From: Takakia lepidozioides | Taxonomy: Eukaryota; Plantae; Bryophyta | Length of the DNA: 64,000 nucleotides | Assembly (NCBI GenBank): GCA_030704615.1 | Contig: CM060731.1 | Coordinates: 43,028,001-43,092,000, forward strand | Direction: 5' to 3' | Part shown: positions 1 through 12,662 of the stretch, piece by piece | How the letters are laid out: every line of letters starts with the position of its first letter | Position numbering within the stretch: position 1 is the first letter of the stretch | The notes under the pieces: model-generated | What the model saw: the letters and a program-made list of their open reading frames with translations, nothing else | What the model was told of the DNA's origin: nothing | Databases searched by the model: none | Program-made: the position numbers and the translations under genes

Positions 1-1995
1 AGCAAGGGTTACTTTAGTCTAGAGCTGCATCTCTGAGACAGTATTGAAACTGCCCCCTCACTTCTTGGCAGCTGCCAAATCTCAGCTTTCTGAAGCACAT
101 CCAAATTGTTGAGCAGTACATTCTCCTGTGCCACGCTTTGGCATAGGAAGAACCTGTGCTTTGATTTCTTGTGTCCACCATCACAGAGAATACCACGACA
201 CACTATCTTTCTAGTTATGTCACAGAAGGGCTCTTGTCCACTTCTGCTAGTAAGAGAGATTTTGAGACATCTCTGTCAGTCCGGGAGATATCTCAAAAAT
301 GCATAAAATCCAAGAAATGACGAATAAAAACATGAAACCTTCAAACTATTGTAGTCCCGAGCAACCCATAATCCAATAGAAGGGTCAGGTTCAGATTTTC
401 CATATGGCAGCTAGACAAGGCAAATGCAGAGCACTTGCAAGTTCCTGTGCTTAATGCACATCAAGAAGCAAATAACACATACCTCAACTTGACCATTGTG
501 AGCATGGATGAACACTTGGCAAACAATTCGTTCCCAAATCACTCCATTTTATAACGGTTGGGTACAGGTTGACTCAAGCAGCAACTCCAATGACACTAGC
601 TCAAGGGCTTCAAATGAAACCACTACTACAACAAGAAATGTAATCTAAGATATCTGGACACTGTTACATCAAAGAATGATTGAGGAAATAAAATCCAACA
701 AGATTCCTGTGGACATCAGAAATCCATGTCAGACCACTCATCATAAATCTGAAGGTCTGTATCTTTGATGGTTTTATCAACCCCCAACCTAATATCAAGA
801 ATACTATCCTCTACCGGTGATGCTTTAGGGCTCTCTTGCTCCTTAATGAAAGGGATGTATAGCTGGTCTGGATCTTCCTCATCATCCTCTTTTGGGGGAT
901 CATACTCATGTAACAGGCGCCCACTTTCTGATCTGGCCATCCCAGCTACGCTTGCTGCAAACCTGTCGGGTGTCTGGGGTGTGAGGGCCACCTTTCTTTC
1001 GAGAGTACCTGCATCAAAACCAGGCTACTGTTATAACAAGTACCTGAATCATAGCAGACAAGATATAGTATACTCACCTCCCGGAAAATAAGGAAGCTTC
1101 TCATACGCTGACATCACAGTGAGCTCGCCGCTTTGAACATCAGGAAAGTTCCTGTAGAGAGTGAGCACATGACAGCCCAGTGACTTGCATACATTTAACT
1201 TCACAGTTCCACAGTCAAGCCAACACCTACTAACAAGATAAGATCTTGGCAAATTAGTATGCCTTCAAATCTTGCATGAGATTGCACACCAACCTACCAC
1301 AGAGACCAGGCATACCATCTGGACCATACATATCTAGCTTGAGATTAAGAGTAGATGTGAACTCAGACCCCAAGAACCAAGAGACATTACCTTGGAACGA
1401 GTTTCTCATAGCGTTCATAACCAAGCGTGTTCTTGCCATAGTCAATTTGTTTCTGCCGTTGGCTCAGTCGATGAGAATCATCTTCCTTTGGCTTCTCTTG
1501 TACATCTGCGTCATTGATGACAAATTATGTATGAACTTCCACAACTGAGGCAGGACGCCACAAGCTTGCTCCAAGAGAATTGCAAGGGCAAGCACATAAC
1601 AAACATCACAACAGATAGCTCAGCTCCTAGCCAGTTGATTGCCAGAGACATGGGTACAGAGAACAGTAATTAAAAGGTCAAGAGATCCTTTTCACCGCTA
1701 CATCCACATGCTCTAACAGTCTATCTGAATCTGTGTTCTTCGTGAATATCAGATTTTCGTCAGCATTATCACCAAAGAGACAGGAGACAAAGAATTCTTA
1801 CTTAGGGCGCAGTCACAGTGAACTTGTGAGTGTAGTCTATGGCCGTAACAGACTTCTGCACGTGGTCGGGGCTGTTCTCCGTCCCCAAGCCTTGCCCTTT
1901 CATAGTCCGAACAGACTCCCACTCGTTGGGGTAGTTCTCTTTCTCCAATTCTCGCTCTTTCATTGCCCAACGAGTCCGACCAATATTTTCTCCAT
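1..1995. repeat. Left arm of a ~2 kb inverted segmental duplication (partner ~35470-37459); runs off the window edge
   Basis: Continuous reverse-complement similarity. For example, 1-16 AGCAAGGGTTACTTTA is the RC of TAAAGTAACCCTTGCT at 37444-37459. Confidence 0.93.
716..1995 (-). pseudogene. Partial inverted duplicate of the SLBP gene (last three exons ~1802-1995, 1391-1505, 716-1008), frameshifted
   Basis: The reverse complement matches 35470-36754 including introns. A 2-bp deletion at ~921 (CAGAAAGTGGGCGCC vs CAGAAAGTGGCGGCGCC) breaks KWRRLLH. A 1-bp loss at ~1805 gives a TAA. Confidence 0.9.
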
Positions 1996-3257
1996 TGCTC
2001 ATCCTCATCCACTCTCCCTGCACGGCCAAGAAGGTCCACCATGCAACCAAAATCCTCCAATGCAGGAGCGAGGCCATGATCTTGACTCATGGAATGAAAG
2101 TAGTGGCAGCCCTCATCCACCAGGCCCACATGGCTACATGCAGAAAGAAGAGATATAAGGTGACACTGTCTGGCTTCAAGCCTTCCTGCTGCATTTGTTC
2201 AGATAGTTGGAGAACCTCCCTTTAACACCCATGCTGACCAGATCCTGCAATCATCACACTCCATGAGACCAAATCTCGTTTAGACATACTGCCGAACACC
2301 TGCCATGCATCATCCCCCACATTTGGAATACATGTTCACAAGGGCATTCTCCAAATTAATCTTTAACACAATTCCAGCTTTCCTCATGTCAGCATGGACC
2401 CTTTTGCCCTTTTTCAGGGCTCCTAAGCTAGTGCATGCATTGAGCATGCAAATGAATGATATCCTGTTGGGTTTCACTCCTTTGAGTTGCATTGCTCCTA
2501 GAGCTCAAAAGCCTCCCTGCCACACCCATGCTGGGTATATCCTGTAATCATGGCATTCCATGAGACCACATTGCGCTGAGACATACCGTCAAACACTTGA
2601 GGTGCTTCCTCCATGTTTGCACATTTAGCATACATGTCAGCAAGGGCAGTCTCCAGAATGATATTTGGTCCAATTCCAGCTTTGGTGATGTCAATGTGGA
2701 TCTCTTTCCCCTTTTTCAGAACTCCTAGCCTGGCACACGCATTGAGGATACAAATGAACGTAACCTCGTTGGGTGTGACCTCATTCTGTTGCATTTTTTT
2801 CATAGATCTTGAGAGCCTCCTGACTACAACCAAGCTTGACATATCCTGCTATCATTATGGTCCATGTAAACAGTGACCGTTCAGGCATTCTGTCAGACAC
2901 GTCGCGTGCAACCATCACACTCCCACACTTGGCATACATGTTGACAAGGGTGTTCAATAGGAAGATTTTTGGCTTGAAACCATTTCGTATAATGTGGGAA
3001 TGCACCTGTTTTCCCTCTGCAAGATCATTCCTGTTGATGCACTCCTGCAAGAGACATACGTAAGTATTGGAGTCTGCCCTGTGTTGGTTCAAGATGTGCA
3101 GTGCCTTTTTCAGTTGACCTGCCTTACATAATCTCCTCACATCCCTATAAGAACCAGGAGTGTTCTGTTTTACTCCCTCACTTGCTCCTCTTTCACACGT
3201 AGGGGTGCTTCCAGTCTGATGCCCAATGAACAACTGTGCCTGATCCAAACATGCCAT
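1996..3257 (-). pseudogene. PLS-class pentatricopeptide repeat (PPR) pseudogene, truncated after the GRAG (S2-like) motif
   Basis: Motifs NTLVNMYAKCG, NVVSWNAMI, TFICILNAC and GCMVDLLGRAG are spread over several frames with stops and frameshifts. Confidence 0.9.
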
Positions 3258-4721
3258 CCTGCATGACTCAGAACTCTTAGTTGATGATCATCTTTATTCT
3301 CGTTCATACACTCAACAGGCATAGTTAATCTCGACAATCTCTTCATGAGGACAGGCTTCTTGCCACATATTAACAGGTCCAACACGTCTGCAGTCCCGCA
3401 CTTAAAGATTAAACTGTACCAGTATCATCTGTTTGACTTGGAATCCATCACCAGATTGTTCTTGATCTGGTACCATGGCAGCTACCCTTGCTTTCATCCA
3501 AGAGGGGTTCACGATCCAAGGGACCTCATTTGTGTGCTTATGCCTAAAATATGGTGATCTTCGACTTCTCTGTGACAATGGTGAGTGGAAATGTGAGCAG
3601 TCATAGATGAACCACAGCCTTGCATAGACCAGGCTACTATACCAGTTTTGTTCTCTCAATGAAACACAGAAGTAACACATGAGTGTGTTGTTGCACTGCC
3701 AGTGAGTGACAAAGCGCAGAAGAGATACAGAGCCAAGGGAGGAAGAGAAACAGAAGGGAACAAGAGCTCCCGGCGGAGAGCTCTCAACAACAAGCTTACG
3801 ATAAAGCTGAAACTAAGAAGTACCGCAAAATTTGTGGTGAACGCAGCGTCCAGTAGAGCGGACGACATAAAGCTGCGAGCTGTTGGGGTTGGCTGTCATG
3901 GACTTGTCGCAGGCCGCGACCCTGTGATTGTTAAAAATGGTGCAGTATGCCACCTCATGCAAACCTCTGGGCTGATTGATAGCTGTTAGCATGTCAGGAT
4001 TCCTATAACTAGGAAGAGAGAGAGAAGACTCAGGCCGAGGCCGGCGTAACTGAGAGCCCCTTTCCCTTGCGGCTACAGCCCCTTTCGGGGGTGGGCCCTA
4101 TAACAAAAATGTCCAAGGGGTGGCTGTTAAGAATAGAAGGGGGCAAGGGTACCCCTAGGTACCCAGGGGTATCCCGAGGGACCTAAGATGCGTTTGAAGT
4201 GCCGGATTTCAGTTGGCGTTTGTTGGTGATAATAGCTGTGAGTGAACGGAGTGCCGTGAAATGGATTTCTTTGAAACATTTGTGGATGGGAAGAATGGGA
4301 GTTTGGAAGTTATGGTGTATGTCCGTGATACTGACGTTATGAATACCACCTCCAGTGTCGGCTGTGATGTTAACGGGCCGGTTTTCAGCCACGCCTTCAG
4401 AGCGCAAGGATAAGCTAGGCATATTTTTGACGTTTTTCTAAGATTGAACCGTTTGGATAACAATTATGGCAAAATGTGAATTCAATTAAATGGATGGTGA
4501 GTTGTGGGGATGGTGGGGCGGGGGGGTAAAGTGTTGATAGGTAGACCTTGGACGAGGAGAGAAAGTAAACTTAGAAGAATGGAGGCTATAAATTCCACAG
4601 TTCCTATGCTCAATTGCGCCTGCTACTCTCTATAATCTAACAAGCATTCATCTTCTTGCCTCGATTGTCCCACCATTGACTGGGGTCAGAAAAGTATTCA
4701 TTCCACAGCTTCTCTTCGCAT

Positions 4722-5870
4722 TTGTTACCTGTTTCGGGATACTTTCTTGTTGTCACATTGGCAGTATCAATCCCACACGCATGTTGTGCATATCCTGCAA
4801 TCATAGCACTCTATGATACCACATTTCGTTCAGCCATCCTGACGAACACTCCCTTTGCATCTTCAATGCTTCCGCCTTTGGCATACATGTTAATGAGGGC
4901 ATTGTTCAGAATGAGATCTGGTACAATTCCAGCTTTGACGATATCACCATGGACCTTTTTGCCCTTTTCCACGGTTGCCAGGCTTGCACACACATTGCAA
5001 ATGGAAACGAATGTGACCTGGTTTGGGTTCAACCCTTCCTGAATCATTTGCTCATAGGTCTCCAAAGCCTTCATCTTGCACCCACGCTGAGCATATCCAG
5101 CGATCATCGCGTTCCACGAGATCACATCTCATTCAGCCATATCGTTGAACACTCCCTTTGCATCCTCAATGCTCCCACATTTGGCATACATTTTTATAAG
5201 GGCAATGCTCAGAATGGCATTTGGTACTATTCCAGCTTTGAAGATGTCACCATGGATCTTTTTGCCCTTTCTCCAGGGTTGCCAGGCTCGCATATGCATT
5301 GCAAACACAAACAAATGTGATTTGGTTGGGCTTCACCCCTTCCTGCATCATTAGCTCATAGGTCTCCAAGGCATTCTTACACAACCGTGCTTACTAAGTC
5401 CTGTCATCATTATATTCCACGTGATCAAACCTTGTTCACGCATTTTGTTGAACACTCAGTGTGCATCCACAATGCTCCCACACTTCACATACATGTTAAC
5501 AAGGGTGTTGCATAGAAAAACGTTGGGCTTGAATCCACTTTGGATAATGTGAGCATGGACCTGTTTTCCGGCTTCTAGGCCTTTCATCTTGATGCACTTA
5601 TGTAAGAGACAGACATAAATACTCTTGGTCCTCCCTCGGAAGTTGTGGTTATGGTGGAGCGCCTGATTTGATCAAATATGCTGTTGCCGCTGTTTATCTA
5701 CCCATGCAGGTTTCCTGTAACTATCAATCCACAGGGAATCATGGGCACTATTGTGCCTGAAATCCGTCCCTCTTGGATGAATCTGGACCCACACTCCATC
5801 CCTGCTCTCCTTCAGCTATCCCTTCCTCAGCATCATTAATGCATAGACCTTGCCCTTACTACTAGAAGCT
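4722..5870 (-). pseudogene. PLS-class PPR pseudogene with near-duplicated ~303-bp P-L-S triplets
   Basis: ISWNAMIAGYAQ...TFVSICNVCAS...NALINMYAKGGSIEDA, with in-frame stops (4811, ~5352) and frameshifts. Confidence 0.88.
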
Positions 5871-5970
5871 GACAATGACCGCTGAATTTTTTTCTAGCAA
5901 ACACCCAAACCCTATTGATCACACACTAGCTCCTACTCTGAATTGGTCCAGGACTTTAAAAATGTGCTGG

Positions 5971-5992
5971 GAAGAGAGAGAGAGAGAGAGAG
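5971..5992. repeat. (GA)n microsatellite
   Basis: GAAGAGAGAGAGAGAGAGAGAG. Confidence 0.9.
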
Positions 5993-6517
5993 GATGACGA
6001 TTTCTCAGAAAGCTTTGTGATGCATTTAAATTGATTGAACTTGTTGAGTTGAGGGGCTTAGAACCACCTTATTGAACTTGGTGAACTTGTTGGATGACGA
6101 TAGGCATTTTGGGTGGTGCCAAGTTAGTTGGCACTGCTCTTCACTAGCAACACCAGTTATTCATCCATCTTCTTCTGGACCTACATGTTCCTGTCCATGA
6201 TGGATGCTACTAACTTATTGCATAAGAGAAAACAAGTAGAGGACCCCTTCAATATATGCCCAACATTGTGGTTGCCGATGAATTTTTAACCGCGGTTAAT
6301 TCAGGGTGATCTGATCTGTTGGGATTGCATAGGTAGAACCTGACCGTGGTTAGAGAAGCAACAACGTTATCCCACATAGTAGGGGAGGGAATGATTCATT
6401 GGGGTCCATCTCTGAGCAGCCCCGGATGCTTTTGCTTTACAGTAGAGCCCCGGGGAGAGGAGATGTGAACCCTCCAAACCCATCGGATTTCAGCCAAGCA
6501 ATCTCCTCGGATCATAC

Positions 6518-7295
6518 CAATGTTGTGCGGGTTCTGCCTTTTTAAGGAACCCGCCGGGTCCGGGTGCGGGTTTTTTTTCGGAGCCAAGTCCAAGTCCGGA
6601 TCCGGGTTTTTGAAATTTGGAAAATCCGGGTCCTTCGGGTCCGGGTTTGTCAACACGGACTCGGGTTAGGGTCCGGGTAGTTGTTGGGAAATATTAGCGG
6701 GTTCATGGGTTCGGATCCGGGTCCTGATTTATTGATTAAATAAATTAGAAAAATAAGGGTTAAAACTATTTTTGGCTGGATTTAAAAAAAAAATCCTAAT
6801 AATGAATTTTAATTTAAGAGACATTCCTTCAAAATATACCATGAATATGAATATGTATACCACGAATAAGAATTAAAATACTATATTTCAATATCAATTC
6901 TTTAAACATGTTAAGAATAGTAATATGCCTCAAGGGTAGATCACTATAGCATGGATGTGTGGGATCTGGCCTAATAATAATATATGCCGCCTCCTTTGGG
7001 AAGTGTAAATTATGGTCCCATAGGGCACAACTTTGTGACACCACTCTGTGGATTGAACCCACAACCGCTTTTGAGGTGGTATGTGGGCATTACCACTGGG
7101 CTAGAACGTGGTGGGGTTGGCTGCTGCAGTGGCCTATTGCTGCTCGTCCCCTCCACACATATGACAAAACCTACCAGATCTAAGGTGGACCCCGCATGCC
7201 CCATCTAAAATTAAGACCCGGACCCTAACCCGCTACATTGGCCCGCGGGTAGCGGGTTTAACGCGGGTCCGGGTCCCGGGTCAGGGTCCGGGCTG
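6518..7295. mobile_element. Non-autonomous hAT-type element
   Basis: 8-bp TSD GATCATAC (6510-6517, 7296-7303), CA...TG termini and dense CCGGGT/ACCCG subterminal repeats at both ends. The right TIR is eroded. Confidence 0.75.
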
Positions 7296-7459
7296 GATCA
7301 TACCCCACCAACTCACCATTGCATGTTTGAGTTATCCTGCGGCAAAATTGAAATCGATTCGCTATTCAACGTCTATCCAGCTTCACTCTATCGCCAAACC
7401 GCCACCAACCCACCCACAACCGCCTTTCTTCTGTGAGAGTCAGAGTAGACAATAGAAAC

Positions 7460-7640
7460 TCCCACGGGTCTGGTAGTAGAAGGACAGTGAAAGAAGAAGG
7501 TTCTTCGTGCTTTCAATCTCCCCGTTGTTTCCAGCGCAAGTGGGGCAAGTAGTCACGGTGCAGGTTGTCCCACCTACCAGTCTCCATCTGCAGAGTGTGG
7601 GAGCGCACCCTGAACCTCCGCAATGTCCTTATTAGAAGAA
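7460..7640 (-). mobile_element. LINE ORF2 3' fragment (C-terminal zinc-knuckle region)
   Basis: LRRFRVRSHTLQMETGRW followed by a degenerate GEIE...HCP. Confidence 0.6.
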
Positions 7641-7918
7641 CGTACTCATAAGACGTTGTTTGCCGTAGCCCTGTTGCCACCAATGTCCTTAGAAGATAGT
7701 TAATCCAGGACGAGAAGGCGAGCATCATGCATCAGCACGCGGATCACGTGCTGCTTCTACTCGTGACCGCCTTGGCTGTGAAGCCAGAGAGTTGTAGTGG
7801 GTCCTGGAAGATAGTCAAAACAAATGTCAGTTCATGTTCATCAACAATTTCTGATGTGGGCTACCCTTAACTTAGTGGGGACCACAACACGAGTTGCAAC
7901 TGCATGCAAGAGGTGGGT

Positions 7919-8225
7919 TGTGAAGACTCGTTCTGTGCCTGGATGGGTTCTCCTCTCCTCGCAAGGCACGGTTAGTTTAGAGGTGCGCAGCTCGGGAATC
8001 AGCGTGCGTTTGCTGAAGCAGAAGCAGAGGTACACGCAGAGGAACAGCACAGGAGATCGCGAACGTCACGCATGCAAGACAACACCACATCCACAGCTCC
8101 CTCATCACAAAACCAGTACACCAGGCTGGGTTAGCTGTACCCGGTATGGGCCCAGCAGGGGATGAGTTGTGACAGATCATAATGAAAAAGTGGTTTCTAG
8201 TGCGAGGAGATTAAGGGGCATCACA
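7919..8225 (-). mobile_element. Solo LTR with the same termini as the 38010-42010 element
   Basis: Termini TGTGAAG...GGGGCATCACA (RC TGTGATGCCCC is identical to 38010) and 4-bp TSD GGGT (7915-7918, 8226-8229). Confidence 0.7.
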
Positions 8226-8731
8226 GGGTCCCTGCACATGGCCCACACAGTTCCTCTTCACTAATGACTGACAGAAAGAAACAAAAATATGTAAGTCCCG
8301 CGTCCTGCCGTCGCGTACGGTTCAGGAAGTAGTTATTATGGTATCTCTTCTCTTGGAAGTGGACGAGAAATGAATGTGAATAAACGTGCGGGAATGATGT
8401 AGACTTGTTGCCGCCACTGACGATGAGCTCAATGCTGGTGGGTACGTTTATATAGCACTTCGTGCGTGGAAACCCATTACATCGTCTTCTCCAGGCTTTG
8501 CTCCCCAAGCTGTGTTTGGGGCAGCTTGCAGAGCTCTTCAAACCCGGTCCAACAACTACTGAGATCTTTCTTCACATGCAACTAGTACTAGTTGATTAAA
8601 TAAGATCGGCTGGCAATACATTCGAGTTCTCTGAAGACTTGCCAAATAATAAATACACACAGACTTCAAAGTTAGTTCAAATCAGAGTGAGCTCTGATCT
8701 CAGACGATGAGCTCTGATCAGATCTCAGACG

Positions 8732-11700
8732 ATGGGGACTATAGAAGATGACGCCCAATCAGATGGATTCGGCAAAGTCAGGAAACCAGCTGTAAGGGAG
8801 CTGACGAGCGACCACCATGTGGAGCTACACGCAAATGGCTCTCTTCCAATTAAGTTGGTACTTCCACTTGAATTAGAGCTGCAGGCGACGGAGGGGAGCT
8901 TTGTGATGCCATCCAGAAGGGCGTGGAATGATCCTTCAACAGAAAACTTCGATCCTGAAGAGTTCCTACAGGAGCTTACAAAGGACGTAAGACTGATCCA
9001 GCGAGAGAAACTGCGAGAAATTCTTTCACACAATGCGGATGTGGAGTATCTGCGACGCCACGGTCTAGATGGCAACACTGCCGTGGAAAGCTTCAAGAAG
9101 CACGTGCCAATTGTGAGCTATGAAGACCTGGAGACTGACATCCTTCGTTTGGTGAACGGGGAGGCCACTCACATATTTTCCGTCGACCCAATATCCCACT
9201 TTTCTCTCAGGCAAATTCCCTAGAGCTCAAGTTTCTTGCTTTCTTAGTTCTCATGATGATAGAATCTTGCGGCCTAATTACCTATCTGCACCTTCATCTC
9301 CCTCTCTTCTGAGGGCATTGGGGCGGTTCAGGGTGGGCTCCCATCTCGCAGTAAAGAGGGCAGTAAAAGAAGAAGTTTTCTTCAGATTCGATACAACGGT
9401 TGGGCCTGGTGCATGCCGGGCATAGATGGTCTTCGTTTTCACACTTACCAGTTTCTATCCGTAAATAGTCCATGGGAGATTCCGCTGTCTGTTCCGTGAA
9501 ACCCAATCTGTCACAGAAGTCCTCCATTATGAGGATCAGCAATATTGCTTGGCAGCTTATCTGCGCGAAGCTTTGACCCTTAGTAGGCAATCCCTTGAGC
9601 AGTAGTTGCTTTTGGGCTGCTTCTGGCTTCACTCTAGTCGTCTTAAATAGTTTTCTTTCTTGTTTCTTGTTTCCTTTTTGTCCCATAAGGTCTTTGAGCT
9701 TTCTGCGGACGTTATAATGTTCCACTTCATTTCATTTCATTTCTTGAACCCTTCTCTCTGTCTATGTAGCTAGATCTTACGGCACAGCCAAACTGTGTGC
9801 ATGCACGAACTTGTCCAATTGATCCGCTCAATTACTTGAATCGGTGTATATACACGTACACCAAAAGGAGCGCGTGTTCACGAGTGTTCACTCGTGGTAA
9901 TATCTCGGCCTGGCCGCAAATGAAGACGTTCAAAAGTATTCTACAGGTAGACAAATTATATTTTGACATATTTTGATATACTGACCTCCCTCTCTTATAG
10001 TTCTTTCTTTTGATCTGCGGAAGCTCAGGAACCACGGCTGGGAAATCGAAATATATCCCAACGAACATGTCCAAAGCGTTTGTAAACTTTCCTTTTCGCG
10101 AGGCACTAGGAGTTTCACTGCGCAAGAGGTGTGTACATATTTCTGGAACCTCCAAGTTCTGTTTCTGGATCTCTCCCTTCACAATATCAGTTGGGTGCCA
10201 ATATATTCACTCTAGGTTTCAAAACGGAGTTGAGTCCTTAGCAAATGTTGCCAGGATCTTTGGGTTGGTCTAATTAAGTATGTCAGGTTTCGTTTGAGGG
10301 CATGAGAGAGACTGAGATATTGATCGACATGACTCGTCCGTGTAAACAGCTTGCAGAATGTCTAGCTAGTATTGTTACTCTAAACAAGTACAACAGCAGT
10401 AGAAAGATTCCTATGTAGCATATACCGAGTCATGAGTGTACATGTAGCTAGTGCATGGGCAATAAACACGTAGTTACTTAGATGTTTCAGTAGTGTGTAG
10501 GGTTGCTGGGGAGATCCAGGAATTATATCGTTATTGGGACCGTACGGGTCAAGTTTGATGTACAATAGACCATTGACTGTTAAGCTTATGCCTTCCATGG
10601 TGCGGTTGGATCGTTGCAATGTTCAGGGAATTTGAAACGTTGAAGTTGAAGCCGGGCAAGTCAGTGTCTATCAATTTCCCAGGAATGCAGATTGACACCC
10701 CAAGCGGAATCAAGGCTGGAGCAGTGACCACCAATTATTATAAGAGTCCACTGTACAGAGAGCGGAAATATAACATAAACAATGTACATGTGAGCCCAGA
10801 TGAAGTGGTGCTTTGTAGCGACAGTAGTCAGGCCATGTACTGCCATCTCCTCTGTGCCACAAGAAATAACCAGACTGGAGACGGTTTTTGCTGTTACAGT
10901 CGTTAGCGTGGTGAGAGCTCTTCAAAAGTGCTGGCCCGAAATTTGCGAGGACATAAGAACTGGGACCCTCAACAGCAAGATCACTGACCCTGCTGTCAGA
11001 AACGCCGTGGGAAAGATACTGAAGCCAAATCCGGTCCTGGCAAGCCTGATTGAGAAGGAGTGCTTGGTGGATGAGTGGGAGGCTATCATCCCCCGTCTCT
11101 GGAGGAATATTTGCTACATTTCGTGTATATTCACTGGAAGTATGCAGCAGTATGTGCCGGCATTGAAGCACTTTGCTGGCCCGAATGTCCATTTGATGTC
11201 TAATGCGTATGGGGCGCGAATGCCTTTGCATTGGTGTGAATGTGAGTCCGAGTTGCGCACCCGAAGATACATCATATTTGGTCTGGCCAGAGGAGGCCTT
11301 CTTCGAGTTCATTGCATTGAATTCCGAGGGCAACGCATTGGAACCACAAATTCCGGTTGAGCTGGCGGATGTGGTGCTTGGGCACGAGTATGAGTTGGTC
11401 GTCACGAATGGCACAGGTGGGTCCTTAATTGCACAAGCATACGCGCGTGTAATTTGTATGCATGCATAACATGTGGGGTTTGAACGCCCATGCGTAGATG
11501 CCAAGAGGCCTTCGTCCTGTCATTTCAAGAGATCTACTACTGCGAGCCTCAAACTTAATTAATTACATGTGGGGTCCCCAGTTTTCAATTCATTTGCTTA
11601 TGATCTCATATTGAGCCGAGCTGATCGAGAGCTGATCGGGGGAAGTGTATTCTGGATTGAGGCAGTGTAGATTGTGTGCACGTCCCGAATTGAAGTATGT

Positions 11701-12662
11701 CTTATCGATTACCGCCCGAGAGAATAATGTTGACAGAACTTGAAGTTTGAGATTTTGGTGCAGGCTAAGCATGTTGTTCAAAAGTGTCAAAATCCACTGT
11801 TTGTGCACATCCATATTGGGCAATTCAAGATTTCACATGTGTATAGTTACCGTTTGCCATTTGGAGGCTCTCTTTGCTCAAGTTTATGTTCGCATGGTGG
11901 GATGAATTTGCCAGGTCTATATCGCTACCGCGTTGGGGATGTTGTGAGGGTAAAGAGCTTCAGAAACACAGCACCAATCTTGGAATTCGTCCGCAGAAAG
12001 AATGTGCTTCTCAGCATCAACTCTGACAAAACTGATGAACAAGAGCTTCAAATAATTGTCAACAAGGCAACCCAACACTTTGCTGGAACATCATTAAAGC
12101 TGGCCGACTTCACCAGCCACGCAGACATCACCTCAGCGCCAGGCCACTACGTTATCTTCTGGGAACTGGAGAGTAGCAGGTATGTTGCAATATTACTGAT
12201 CTGAGGCTGTTCTCTAAGTTGCAGCGGCAACCTTGAATTAATGACATCATTTGAGGTACCTACCAGATTCAAAAATTTATGTTTATTCAGCCCATGCTCC
12301 AGATTGAGCAGCTCGGGGATTTCTTACTCTTTGATTTATCCATTGTGCACAGTGACGACAAGAATTTGGATCACGAAGTCTTACAGAAATGTACCAATGC
12401 GCTTGATGTTTCCTTGAATTACCCATAACGAAGAGCGAGGGTGGGAGACACGATTGGACCTTTGGAGCTCCGTGTTGTCGGGAGTGGAACATTCAACAAG
12501 TTAATGGATATGGCGATCAGCAGAGGAACTTCCCCCGCACAGTACAAGCCCCCTCGATGTGTGAGCGCACCTCATCTTATGGAGATATTGAACGCTGCCG
12601 TGGCTGCCAGATTCTATAGCCTAGAAACACCCTTTGCTTTGCCTCCCAGTGCGACTGCATGA
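8732..12662 (+). pseudogene. GH3: GH3 acyl-acid amido synthetase, probably a pseudogene (exons 8732-9210, 10024-10128, 10627-11416, 11915-12179, 12353-12662)
   Basis: Motifs SSGTTAGKSKYIP, MYCHLLC, GLYRYRVGDV, SINSDKTDEQEL, PGHYVIFWE and TIGPLELRVV...QYKPPR. Frameshifts near 10855 and 11215 and an in-frame TAA at 12426-12428. Confidence 0.9.
9330..9700 (-). mobile_element. LINE 3' fragment inside GH3 intron 1
   Basis: LRIETGKCENEDHLCPAC...IESEENFFFYCPLY matches the LINE ORF2 C-terminal zinc knuckle. Confidence 0.6.

Noticed and set aside
6396-6656. Pro/Asp-rich ORF (NPDPKDPD...)
   Set aside because: Translation of hAT subterminal repeats.
10710-11504. 264-aa minus-strand ORF
   Set aside because: Antisense shadow of GH3 exon 3.
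12426-12428. Stops in GH3/P450/PPR rescued by U-to-C editing
   Set aside because: Such editing is organellar, and frameshifts co-occur with the stops.
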